Below, piece by piece: positions 1-7,994 of a stretch of 64,000 nucleotides of DNA. The notes beneath the pieces were generated by a model. That model made no database searches. It was not told where the DNA came from and saw nothing but the letters and a program-made list of their open reading frames with translations. Both the position numbers and the translations under genes were made by a program. Within the stretch, counting starts at the first letter, position 1, and each line of letters opens with the position of its first letter. This DNA is from an uncultured Acidobacteriaceae bacterium (GTDB lineage: Bacteria; Acidobacteriota; Terriglobia; Terriglobales; Acidobacteriaceae), in the NCBI GenBank assembly GCA_963747545.1, contig CAVVFQ010000008.1, positions 855,719-919,718 on the forward strand, in the 5' to 3' direction.

Positions 1-1
1 G

Positions 2-727
2 TTGCAGGTGCTGTTTTATTCCGAGATGGCGCGCGAGGCGGGCTATTTCTCGCTGGACGATGTGCTGGACCGGCTTTCTAACAAGCTGGTGGATCGGCAT
101 CCGCATGTGTTTGGCGAGGTGAAAGCGGACACTCCCGCCGAAGTGCTGCGCAACTGGGAGGCGCTGAAGGCGATAGAGAAAGAAAAACGCCTGGCCGCCG
201 ACGGAGGCAAGAAGGCAGAGGAGGGTGACTCCGCGCAGACTGACGACCTCCAATCCGTACTGGCGGGCGTGTCGTCGCGAATGCCCGCGCTGATGGAGGC
301 CTATAAACTCAGCTCGCGGGCGGCGCACGTGGGCTTTGACTGGCCGGAGATGGAAGGGCTGTTTGGCAAGCTCGAGGAAGAGACTTCGGAATTGCGCGAT
401 GAGCTGAAGGCTGTGCCCATGCCCGCTTTCAACGCGCGGTCGGCCGGGAAGGGAATTGCGGGATCGGGAAAGCCGCAGGTTCCGCCGAAGTTGCGCGAGC
501 GTCTGGAAGATGAAGTGGGCGATCTGTTTTTTGTGCTGGTGAATATTGCGCGCTATCTGTCGCTCGATCCGGAGTCGGCGCTGAGGAAAACGAATCGCAA
601 ATTCAAGCGCCGTTTTCAGTGGATGGAGGAGCGGCTGCGAGCGGGTGGGCGGGGTCCGCAGCAGGCGTCGATGGAGGAATTGGAAACACTGTGGCAAGCG
701 GCGAAGCAGGAGGAAAAACAAGGGTGA
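2..727 (+). CDS. mazG: MazG-family nucleoside triphosphate pyrophosphohydrolase (N-terminus lies outside the window)
   Basis: Open from the window edge. DRHPHVFGEV block, then a second MazG repeat (EETSELRDE, EVGDLFFVLVNIARYL, NRKFKRRF). TGA at 725-727. Confidence 0.85.
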   Translation: MQVLFYSEMAREAGYFSLDDVLDRLSNKLVDRHPHVFGEVKADTPAEVLRNWEALKAIEKEKRLAADGGKKAEEGDSAQTDDLQSVLAGVSSRMPALMEAYKLSSRAAHVGFDWPEMEGLFGKLEEETSELRDELKAVPMPAFNARSAGKGIAGSGKPQVPPKLRERLEDEVGDLFFVLVNIARYLSLDPESALRKTNRKFKRRFQWMEERLRAGGRGPQQASMEELETLWQAAKQEEKQG

Positions 728-1527
728 CCGCGACAACCCCGGCAACCGTCGACGTGACCATCGTTGGCCCGACCATCCGCAAGTGCGAAACGCTTGAGGA
801 GATGCAGGCGTGTTTTGCGCTGCAGAAAGAAGTATGGAAGTTTTCGGATGCGGACCTGATTCCGGTGCGGATGTTCGTGGTGGCAGCGAAGATCGGCGGG
901 CAGGTGATTGGGGCGTTCGACCCAACAAACGACGGCGGAGAACTGATCGGTTTTGCGCTGGCGATTCCGGGAATGCGGAACGGGCGCTGCTATTTGCACT
1001 CGCAAATGCTGGCCGTTCGCCAGCAGTATCGCAATAGCGGGCTGGGCCGACGGATCAAGCTCTATCAGCGTGAAGATGCTCTGGCGCGGGGTTTTGAGCT
1101 GATGGAGTGGACGTTCGATCCGCTGGAGATCAAGAACGCGTACTTGAATATCGAGAAACTGGGTGCGATTGCGCGACGCTACAACGTGAACCAGTATGGG
1201 ATTACATCGTCGCCGTTGCAGGGCGGTTTGCCCACCGACCGGCTGGTGGCGGAGTGGTGGATGAAATCGAAGCGGGTGGAAGCGGTGCTGGCGGGTGCTC
1301 GGCGCACGAAGTTCGAATGTCGCGCGACTATCGAGGTGCCGGCGGAGATCTACGAATGGAAGGCTGCGGCGGCCTCGCGCGCGCAGGCGCTCGCGGTGCA
1401 GGAAAGCAATCGGGAACAGTTCATTCGGGCGTTTGGCGACGGACTGAGTGTGCTTGGCTATGAGCGCGACGAACGCGGGAATGGGCGCTTCTTGCTGGGA
1501 GAGTGGGACGACGGCTGGCGGTATTAG
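724..1527 (+). CDS. GNAT-fold acyltransferase-like protein (type that accompanies OSBS/NSAR genes)
   Basis: In-frame GTG at 724 overlaps the mazG stop as GTGA. The longer 619 start lies inside mazG. FALQKEVWKF, FVVAAKIGGQVIGAFD and QYRNSGLGRRIKLYQRE look like an acyl-CoA N-acyltransferase core. Assignment is by recall only. Confidence 0.55.
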   Translation: MTATTPATVDVTIVGPTIRKCETLEEMQACFALQKEVWKFSDADLIPVRMFVVAAKIGGQVIGAFDPTNDGGELIGFALAIPGMRNGRCYLHSQMLAVRQQYRNSGLGRRIKLYQREDALARGFELMEWTFDPLEIKNAYLNIEKLGAIARRYNVNQYGITSSPLQGGLPTDRLVAEWWMKSKRVEAVLAGARRTKFECRATIEVPAEIYEWKAAAASRAQALAVQESNREQFIRAFGDGLSVLGYERDERGNGRFLLGEWDDGWRY

Positions 1528-1598
1528 GGCGGCCCTCGGCGGCCGAAAAATTTGTGGCGTCGCTAAAGCGATGCCCTGATACGGATCACAAACTTACT

Positions 1599-2717
1599 AT
1601 GAAAATCGAATCCGTAACACTGCGTGAGCTTCACATGCCGCTGGTGCATTTTTTTGAAACCAGCTTTGGCCGTACGTACAGCCGGCGCATCTTGCTGGTG
1701 AGTGTCGAGGCCGATGGCGTGCGCGGATGGGGCGAGTGCGTCGCTGGTGAAGATCCGTATTACAGTCCGGAATGGATTGGAACCGCGTGGCCCACGATCA
1801 AGCATTACCTGGCGCCGTTGTTGCTGCAGGGCGAATTATCGGCCGGGCGCGATTGTGCGGCGCGGTTTGGCAGAGTCCGCGGCCATCGCATGTCGAAGGC
1901 CGCCCTCGAAAACGCGGTGTGGGATGCGGAGGCGCGGCAGAAACAGCAGCCGCTCTGGAAGTTGCTGGGAGGTACGCGGGGCGAGATCGCCTGTGGCGTT
2001 TCGATCGGCATACAGGACTCGCCGGAACAGCTTCTGCAGAAGATCGAAACTGAGTTGGCGGCGGGATACCGGCGAATCAAAGTCAAGGTGAAGCCGGGAT
2101 GGGATTTAAATGTGCTGGAGAAGATACGCGCGCGCTGGGCGGATATCGTGCTCAGTGTGGATGCGAATTCCGCTTACACGCTCGACGAGGTTGAGCACCT
2201 GCGCAAATTCGACGCCTTCAATTTGCTGATGATCGAGCAGCCGTTGTGGAACGACGAAATCTATCTGCATTCTCGGCTGCAGAAATCCATTCGGACGGCG
2301 ATCTGTCTGGACGAGTCGATTCTGAATGCGCGCGACGCGGATTTTGCGCTTGAGATTGGCGCCGCCCGAATCCTCAACGTCAAGGTGGGTCGGGTGGGCG
2401 GATTCAGCGAAGCGAAGAAAATTCATGATGTCGCGCTGCGGCACAATGTGCCGGTTTGGTGCGGGGGCATGCTGGAATCGGGAGTGGGGCGGGCCCACAA
2501 CATCGCTCTCTCGACGCTCGAAAATTTCCGCTTGCCGGGGGATGTGTCGGCATCGAGACGTTACTGGAAAGAGGACATCATCGAACCTGAGGTCGAAGTC
2601 CGCGCCGATGGGATGATCGCCATCAGTGACGCGGCGGGGACGGGCTACCAGGTGCGCGAGGATGTGGTGCGGAAATTCACCGTGCGCGAAGAAACGTTTC
2701 GCGGCGGGAACAATTAA
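1599..2717 (+). CDS. Enolase-superfamily o-succinylbenzoate synthase / N-succinylamino-acid racemase family protein
   Basis: ATG 1599 (MKIESVTLRELHMPL). Catalytic pattern visible: KVKVKPG (KxK), SVDANSAY, MIEQPL, CLDES, NVKVGRVGG. No men genes nearby. Confidence 0.8.
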   Translation: MKIESVTLRELHMPLVHFFETSFGRTYSRRILLVSVEADGVRGWGECVAGEDPYYSPEWIGTAWPTIKHYLAPLLLQGELSAGRDCAARFGRVRGHRMSKAALENAVWDAEARQKQQPLWKLLGGTRGEIACGVSIGIQDSPEQLLQKIETELAAGYRRIKVKVKPGWDLNVLEKIRARWADIVLSVDANSAYTLDEVEHLRKFDAFNLLMIEQPLWNDEIYLHSRLQKSIRTAICLDESILNARDADFALEIGAARILNVKVGRVGGFSEAKKIHDVALRHNVPVWCGGMLESGVGRAHNIALSTLENFRLPGDVSASRRYWKEDIIEPEVEVRADGMIAISDAAGTGYQVREDVVRKFTVREETFRGGNN

Positions 2718-2773
2718 GAATGTATAAGGCTTTCCCTCAGGGGCTAAAGCCCAGTGTCAATCAGGCTCGTAGC

Positions 2774-2793
2774 GGCCCGGCTGAAGCCGGGCC
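2774..2793. terminator. GC hairpin between convergent genes (possible bidirectional terminator)
   Basis: GGCCCGGC-TGAA-GCCGGGCC perfect 8-bp stem followed by CTTTC. Lies between the stop at 2717 (+) and the stop at 2828 (-). The T-run is weak. Confidence 0.4.
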
Positions 2794-2827
2794 CTTTCAA
2801 GGCAATTGAGTTAAAGTTCTTCGTTAT

Positions 2828-3748
2828 TCACGGGCGGACAAATTTGCAGGCGGAATCTCCGCCATCGGTGGATTCCTTCTTCAGCAGTTCCAGCGCCTGG
2901 GCGAACGTCAGGTCGGAGGGCACCTGCTTGAAGTCGGTGAAGATCTCGGTCGAGACGATGGAGAGGTTCTTGAACAGCAGGATCTTTCCGGTGAAGCTCA
3001 AGGTCATGCCTGAAATTTCCCAGAGATTGTCTCCGACCTCCTGCTGCTGAACCACGAAACGGCCGCCGCGATCGAGGTGTCCGAGAATTCCCCAGCCGAA
3101 ACCCACTTCCTTGAAGAGCGTGCCGTCAATGCTGGCAAGGCGGTAATGGGTGGAGTCGAGCAGCACGTAACCCTGCATACCGGTCAAGACTTCTTCCACG
3201 CGCGTGGGCGGTTGGAAGCTGGGGTTGGGCCGAAATTTCAATTTGACCAGAGGCGCGCCGATCCGGCCAATGCCTTCCGATCCCGATTCTTCTCCCGCGT
3301 ACTCAAACAGAAAGGCATCGGGCATCGCACGCATGATGCGCAAGGTACGCTCAGCGTTGTCGTGCTCCTGTTCGCGCTTCTTTTTCAGTTCTTCGGGATC
3401 GTTGATGAAACGCTCGACACGCGCCTCTTCCACCTGGCGTTGTTCGGGAGTCAGAGGTATGCCGTTATAGGCGATCACCAAGCCGGCGGTGACGTCTTTG
3501 GTTTCGACATAGAGTCTGGTGGTCGATCCCTTGGGAGTGGTCTTGGTGCCACGAAACAAGAAGCGGGCGGTGTCGTCATGGGCCGCCTTAATTTCGTTCT
3601 GCACGGCTTTGCGCATCAGTTCCATTGGATCTTTGTACGGAGAAACTGCTGCGGTCTGCGCGGCAAAACCAACGGCGGAGAAAAGCAAAACCCAGGCAGT
3701 GGCGTGGGCGATGGAGTTGCGCAAGATCGAGCTAATGACCACCATCAT
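2828..3748 (-). CDS. Hypothetical exported protein
   Basis: ATG 3748 gives a signal-like MMVVISSILRNSIAHATAWVLLFSAVGFAAQTA. The longer 3874 start adds an Arg-rich non-signal leader. No catalytic motif recognised. Confidence 0.5.
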   Translation of the reverse strand: MMVVISSILRNSIAHATAWVLLFSAVGFAAQTAAVSPYKDPMELMRKAVQNEIKAAHDDTARFLFRGTKTTPKGSTTRLYVETKDVTAGLVIAYNGIPLTPEQRQVEEARVERFINDPEELKKKREQEHDNAERTLRIMRAMPDAFLFEYAGEESGSEGIGRIGAPLVKLKFRPNPSFQPPTRVEEVLTGMQGYVLLDSTHYRLASIDGTLFKEVGFGWGILGHLDRGGRFVVQQQEVGDNLWEISGMTLSFTGKILLFKNLSIVSTEIFTDFKQVPSDLTFAQALELLKKESTDGGDSACKFVRP

Positions 3749-3944
3749 TCGACTGGACACTTTGATCTCGTTGCGACGATGGTAACAAACCCGGGGTTGC
3801 ATCGTGAATCCACGCTTGCGATCGCTGCGGGAAGGCCCGGGTAGAGGATGATTTCTGGGTGCAGCGAACCGCATTCGGGCGGATGATTTACAATCGGTTC
3901 ATTCGCGGCGAGCACAGCGCGAGAAAGAAGATGGAGGCTAAAGC

Positions 3945-4310
3945 ATGAATGCTCCGCAGACTGGAGAGTTCGCCCACCTCGGCAAGTCGGTGGTAATCAA
4001 GGGAGAGCTGTCGGGATCCGAAGACTTGTACGTGGATGGCAACGTCGAAGGCAGCATTGAGCTTCGCAACCATAGTCTGACGGTCGGGCCGAATGGAAAT
4101 GTGAAGGCCAACGTCAGCGCCAAGGCCGTGATCATTCAGGGCAAACTGGATGGGAGCGTGAACGCCTCCGATCGCGTGGAATTGCGAAAGTCGGCGGTGG
4201 TAACTGGCGATTTGACCACGCAGCGTATCGCCATTGAAGAGGGAGCGTTCCTGAAAGGGAAGGTCGACATTCAGAAAGAGGCCGGCAAGGCGGGCGCCGT
4301 TTCTTCATAG
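3945..4310 (+). CDS. Bactofilin (polymer-forming cytoskeletal protein, DUF583)
   Basis: GGAGG 8 nt upstream of the ATG. Typical beta-helical repeats: VVIKGELSGSEDLYVDGNVEGSIEL, VIIQGKLDGSVNASDRVELRKSAVVTGDL, IAIEEGAFLKGKVDI. Confidence 0.85.
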   Translation: MNAPQTGEFAHLGKSVVIKGELSGSEDLYVDGNVEGSIELRNHSLTVGPNGNVKANVSAKAVIIQGKLDGSVNASDRVELRKSAVVTGDLTTQRIAIEEGAFLKGKVDIQKEAGKAGAVSS

Positions 4311-4370
4311 GATTCGCTGGGTGAGACTTGCGGGCGGAGCGACGCTCGCTGGCGCACGGATTGTTCTTAC

Positions 4371-5075
4371 ATGGCATCTGTCTCTGACAACGTGATGAAA
4401 TTCTTTCGCAGCTCTTCGAACCAGACTGCAGGTCCCGCAGTTCCGCAGAAACCAACCCGCCGGTCGAGCGGCATGGGTGAGATTTCGCGGCTGCTGAATA
4501 CCAGTTCCGATTCCGAAGACGCGTTGTGCGTGCTCGACTTGGGCTCGACTTCTCCGCACAACATCCGCTTTTTCACCGGCAAGGGCCACAAGAATTACAG
4601 CGAAGATTTGTTGCGCTCCTCGCTCGACCCGGCGCTGCGCATTCAGGACGGCGCGGGCAACTGGGTCGTCGACAGCCGCAGGTTCATGGAAGAGAATTTG
4701 GTCTACGAAAACTCTCAGTTCGACGTGGTGCTGTGCTGGAATCTGCCGGATTACATGGAAGAGAGCCTGGTGAAACCGACCATCGATCGTCTGTGGTCGA
4801 TCATGAAGCCGGGGGGATTACTGCTGGCCTTCTTTCACACGCGCGACGCGGGCCCGGACTCAATCTGCTATCGCTATCACGTGAGCGCCACCGACCTGCT
4901 GGAGATGCAGGAAGTGAAGTTCGCAGCGCCGGGACGGCCTGCGTCCGATAAGCAATCTCCGCGTTTGCAGCGCGTGTTCAACAACCGGCACATTGAAAAC
5001 CTCTTCCGCGATTTCGCTTCGATCAAGTTTTTTCTGGCGCGCGATGCGATCCGGGAAGTGCTGGTGGTGCGCTGA
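4371..5075 (+). CDS. Class I SAM-dependent methyltransferase-like protein
   Basis: VLDLGSTSPHN (motif I-like), FDVVLCWNLPDYM, IMKPGGLLLAFFH. Starts 60 nt after bactofilin on the same strand. Confidence 0.55.
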   Translation: MASVSDNVMKFFRSSSNQTAGPAVPQKPTRRSSGMGEISRLLNTSSDSEDALCVLDLGSTSPHNIRFFTGKGHKNYSEDLLRSSLDPALRIQDGAGNWVVDSRRFMEENLVYENSQFDVVLCWNLPDYMEESLVKPTIDRLWSIMKPGGLLLAFFHTRDAGPDSICYRYHVSATDLLEMQEVKFAAPGRPASDKQSPRLQRVFNNRHIENLFRDFASIKFFLARDAIREVLVVR

Positions 5076-5109
5076 GGGTTGTCTTTCTTCGCAAGGTCAT
5101 ATTGACCCA

Positions 5110-5958
5110 CTACCGGATTTCGGCGACTCCAGGCACGGGATTGGGGAACTTGGCGAAAACCGCCGGATCGTGGCCGGGAATGATGAGGCCGGGGCGGGCG
5201 GCGATTTGCTTCATGCGATCTTGCGCGCGCAGGTTTGATGCGGCATCGAGCGTGGCCGCGATTGGCGCATGCCGTTCCAGATTCTCGTACAGATACATGT
5301 TGTCGCTGGCCAGCACGACGATTCCGGCGGTGGTTTGCACGCCTACATATTGTGATTGATACGTATGTTTGCCTCCGGTGTAGCAGGTTATGCCGGGAAG
5401 AATCTCCTGCGCATCGCCATTCACCAGGCCCACTCGTCCCTGCGTGTTCAGTTTCACTAGCGTGAGCACGTCGTCCTCATCGATGCCGCCGTGGGTGTGC
5501 TTCGACTGCCAGGCTTCTCCGGCGTAGTACTCGAGCTCGTCTTTCTGAATCCAGATGCGGGCGTTGGGAAACAGATCCATGCCGTCGGCGTGGTCCCAGT
5601 GCATGTGCGTGATGATGACGTCGGTGATGTCCTCGGGCTTCAGGCCGACTCGCTTCAGCGTGTCGGAAGGCTTGATAAAGTCAGTCACATGCCAGTCTTT
5701 GAAAAAGCGGTCGTGATAGAAGCCGGAGTCGACGAGGATGTTGCGGCCATTGCCGCGGATCAGCCAGACCATCATGGCGATATCGAGCTTGCGCGCGGCG
5801 TCGGCGCCCGCCACCAATTCTGCAACGGGGAAGTCGGGTATGGTGGCGTAACGGATTGCGAGGACCTCGTAGTTGGGTTTCGACTGTGACACGGCGGTTA
5901 GCGTCGTGGCTAGAAGCAGCGCCAGGGGAATGATTTTCATGAGGATTGGAATTTTCAT
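5110..5958 (-). CDS. MBL-fold metallo-hydrolase with signal peptide (lactonase-like)
   Basis: ITHMHWDHADG (HxHxDH) and a later PGHD. N-terminus MKIPILMKIIPLALLLATTLTAVSQ. Start may be 5958 or 5940. Confidence 0.75.
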   Translation of the reverse strand: MKIPILMKIIPLALLLATTLTAVSQSKPNYEVLAIRYATIPDFPVAELVAGADAARKLDIAMMVWLIRGNGRNILVDSGFYHDRFFKDWHVTDFIKPSDTLKRVGLKPEDITDVIITHMHWDHADGMDLFPNARIWIQKDELEYYAGEAWQSKHTHGGIDEDDVLTLVKLNTQGRVGLVNGDAQEILPGITCYTGGKHTYQSQYVGVQTTAGIVVLASDNMYLYENLERHAPIAATLDAASNLRAQDRMKQIAARPGLIIPGHDPAVFAKFPNPVPGVAEIR

Positions 5959-6024
5959 AAGCTTCGAGAAAAGAGATTTAATCACAACGGTTGCAGAAGT
6001 CACAGGGAAAGTTACCCGGTAAAT

Positions 6025-6246
6025 TTACACGTTCGACATGCAGGTGGGACAGGTCTTTACGTGAGCGAGGCGGGCTTTGTGAGCTTGCTGATAGGCTTCC
6101 ATTTCTTCTTTCTGATGCTTCCGCTTTGCCTTCTCGGAGAGCTTGGGCTTGACTTCGTTGCGGTAGAGAAAAGAAGTCCAGGCCGCGTGGGCGCGGGTTT
6201 CGCGGTCTTTCAGGCGGTTGAAGGTGGAGCATTCGGAGTCAGACAT
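6025..6246 (-). CDS. Small hypothetical protein (73 aa, Lys/Glu-rich, C-terminal CPTC)
   Basis: ORF track only. Clean ATG, no overlap with neighbours, no recognised family. Confidence 0.35.
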   Translation of the reverse strand: MSDSECSTFNRLKDRETRAHAAWTSFLYRNEVKPKLSEKAKRKHQKEEMEAYQQAHKARLAHVKTCPTCMSNV

Positions 6247-6345
6247 GGCGTGAGTTGATGATAGTCGAAAGGCTCGAGCGCGTTCTTCCTTTTCTTTTGC
6301 TTGCCTGGTGTGCGCGTCTGCTATCGAGGCGACGAGCGTCTCGTC

Positions 6346-6388
6346 CGTCCAGGGCTATGGTGGCCGGGCGGGGCGCCCGGCGCTCCAC
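6346..6388. repeat. REP-like element, family E, copy 1
   Basis: CGTCCAGGGCTATGGTGGCCGGGCGGGGCGCCCGGCGCTCCAC. Core hairpin is GCCGGGCG-GGG-CGCCCGGC. A near-identical copy lies 201 bp downstream. Confidence 0.7.
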
Positions 6389-6546
6389 AAGTCGAGATCT
6401 CTTGTTAAGATGTAGGGTCAGGCATCGGTTCCGCGCGACGTTTTCCCGCCAACCCCGCCAGGTCCGGAAGGAAGCAACGGTAACGGGCTCTTTCGTGTGC
6501 AGTGGAGCGCCGGTGCCTGGCTATTTGTTTTTCTGCGCGCGCCTTG

Positions 6547-6589
6547 CGTCCAGAGTCGTGGTGGCCGGGCGGGGCGCCCGGCTCTCCAC
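6547..6589. repeat. REP-like element, family E, copy 2
   Basis: CGTCCAGAGTCGTGGTGGCCGGGCGGGGCGCCCGGCTCTCCAC. Ends 11 nt before the alaX ATG. Confidence 0.7.
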
Positions 6590-6600
6590 TGACAAAGTTT

Positions 6601-7845
6601 ATGACCACGCGTCTTTACTACGACAACGCCGAGATGCACGAATTCGATTCGGTGGTCGAAGAGGTTACATCACCTTCGGCTGAGCAATCGCGGCCGGCGG
6701 TCATCCTGCGCGAAACTGCGTTTTATCCCACCAGTGGCGGTCAGGTGCATGACACGGGATGGCTCACGCTGGAGGGCGCAGAACGCCTGCGGGTCGCGGA
6801 AGTTGCGGATGCGGAGGACGGGCGGGTGCTGCACTATTTGCAGGCTCCGGCGACGTTGCCGGCGGTCGGCGTTCGTTTGCGCGGCAGCATTGATCCGGAA
6901 CGGCGTCGCGACCACATGCAGCAACACTCCGGCCAGCATGTTCTTTCGGCGGCGTTTGTCGAGCTCTACCAGATGCCTACGGTCTCGTTCCACATGGGAG
7001 AAGATTATTGCTCGATTGATCTGGCGACTCCGTCGGTAGGTTCGGATCAGATTATTGGAGCCGAAAAGCGTGCCAACCAGGTTGTGTTTGAGAATCGTCC
7101 TCTGCGGATTCGCTACGTGTCGCGCGCGGATGCGGAGAAGCTTGGGTTGCGTAAGCCGCCGGCGACGGAGCGGAACGAACTGCGCCTTGTAGAAGTCGCG
7201 GATTTCGACCTGTCGGCTTGCGGCGGAACTCATGTGAGCGCGACCGGACAGATCGGATCGATTCTGCTGCGAAAAAGCGAGAAGGTGCGTCAGGGGGTAC
7301 GAGTGGAGTTTGTCTGCGGCGATCGCGCAGTCCGGATGGCACGGCGGGACTACGGCGCCCTCAGCGAAGCGGCTGCACTTTTTTCGGCGCAGCTGTGGGA
7401 TGTGCCGGAGCAGATCCGCAAGAGTCTTGAAGAGAACAAGCTGTTGCGCAAGCAAAAGGAAGATGCGCTCGATGAACTCGCCGAGTCGATGGCTCTGGCC
7501 GATCTCCATTCGCAGCCCGAGAGGAATGGGCGGAAGATCATCGTGCGGGTGTTTTCCGATCGCGACATCTCCTTCGCCAAGCTGTTTGCGCAGAAGGTGA
7601 CGCGAGCGGCGACGCCAGCGATCGCGCTGGTGGCTAGCACCGGTGATCCGGCGGGTCTGGTGTTTGCTCAGACTCCGGGCGGTTCGGCCGGATCGAAGGC
7701 CGACATGGGCGCGGTGCTGAAGCAAGTGCTGTCGTCGGTTGGAGGCCGCGGAGGCGGCAGTCGCGACTTCGCGCAGGGCGGCGTTCCGGCTGGATGTAAT
7801 GTCGAGCAGCTTTTGCGGCAGGCAGCGGATACAATCGGAGCCTGA
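6601..7845 (+). CDS. alaX: Stand-alone alanyl-tRNA editing protein, long form (AlaX-L: editing domain plus DHHA1-like C-terminus)
   Basis: ATG 6601 (MTTRLYYDNAEMHEF). HMQQHSGQHVLS (HxxxH) and CGGTHV zinc motifs. C-terminal GGRGGGSRDFAQGG. Confidence 0.8.
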   Translation: MTTRLYYDNAEMHEFDSVVEEVTSPSAEQSRPAVILRETAFYPTSGGQVHDTGWLTLEGAERLRVAEVADAEDGRVLHYLQAPATLPAVGVRLRGSIDPERRRDHMQQHSGQHVLSAAFVELYQMPTVSFHMGEDYCSIDLATPSVGSDQIIGAEKRANQVVFENRPLRIRYVSRADAEKLGLRKPPATERNELRLVEVADFDLSACGGTHVSATGQIGSILLRKSEKVRQGVRVEFVCGDRAVRMARRDYGALSEAAALFSAQLWDVPEQIRKSLEENKLLRKQKEDALDELAESMALADLHSQPERNGRKIIVRVFSDRDISFAKLFAQKVTRAATPAIALVASTGDPAGLVFAQTPGGSAGSKADMGAVLKQVLSSVGGRGGGSRDFAQGGVPAGCNVEQLLRQAADTIGA

Positions 7846-7871
7846 GCTCGGGGTAGCGGCAGTTTGATGAG

Positions 7872-7994
7872 GGGTAGGGGTCCTTCGACTCCGCCGAAAC
7901 TTCACTTCGTGAAGTTTCGCCTCCGCTCAGGATGACACTTCAGGATGACAGTTCGGCACGACACTTCGGGATGACACTTCAGGACGACACTCGA
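7872..7994. repeat. REP-like element, family C, copy 1, with a tail of five tandem 13-mers
   Basis: GTAGGGGTCCTTCGACTCC, hairpin CGAAACTTC-ACTTCGT-GAAGTTTCG, CCGCTCAGGATGAC, then GGATGACACTTCA-like 13-mers at 7930-7994. Homologous to 44207-44320. Confidence 0.75.

Noticed and set aside
6670-7905. 411-aa ORF antisense to alaX
   Set aside because: Same reasoning: Arg-rich low-complexity translation opposite a gene with clear HxxxH/CGGTHV motifs.
7930-7994. Tandem 13-mers as a possible CRISPR array
   Set aside because: The units are contiguous with no spacers, only 13 nt long and degenerate. There are no cas genes. They form the tail of a REP-like element with a homologue at 44266-44310.
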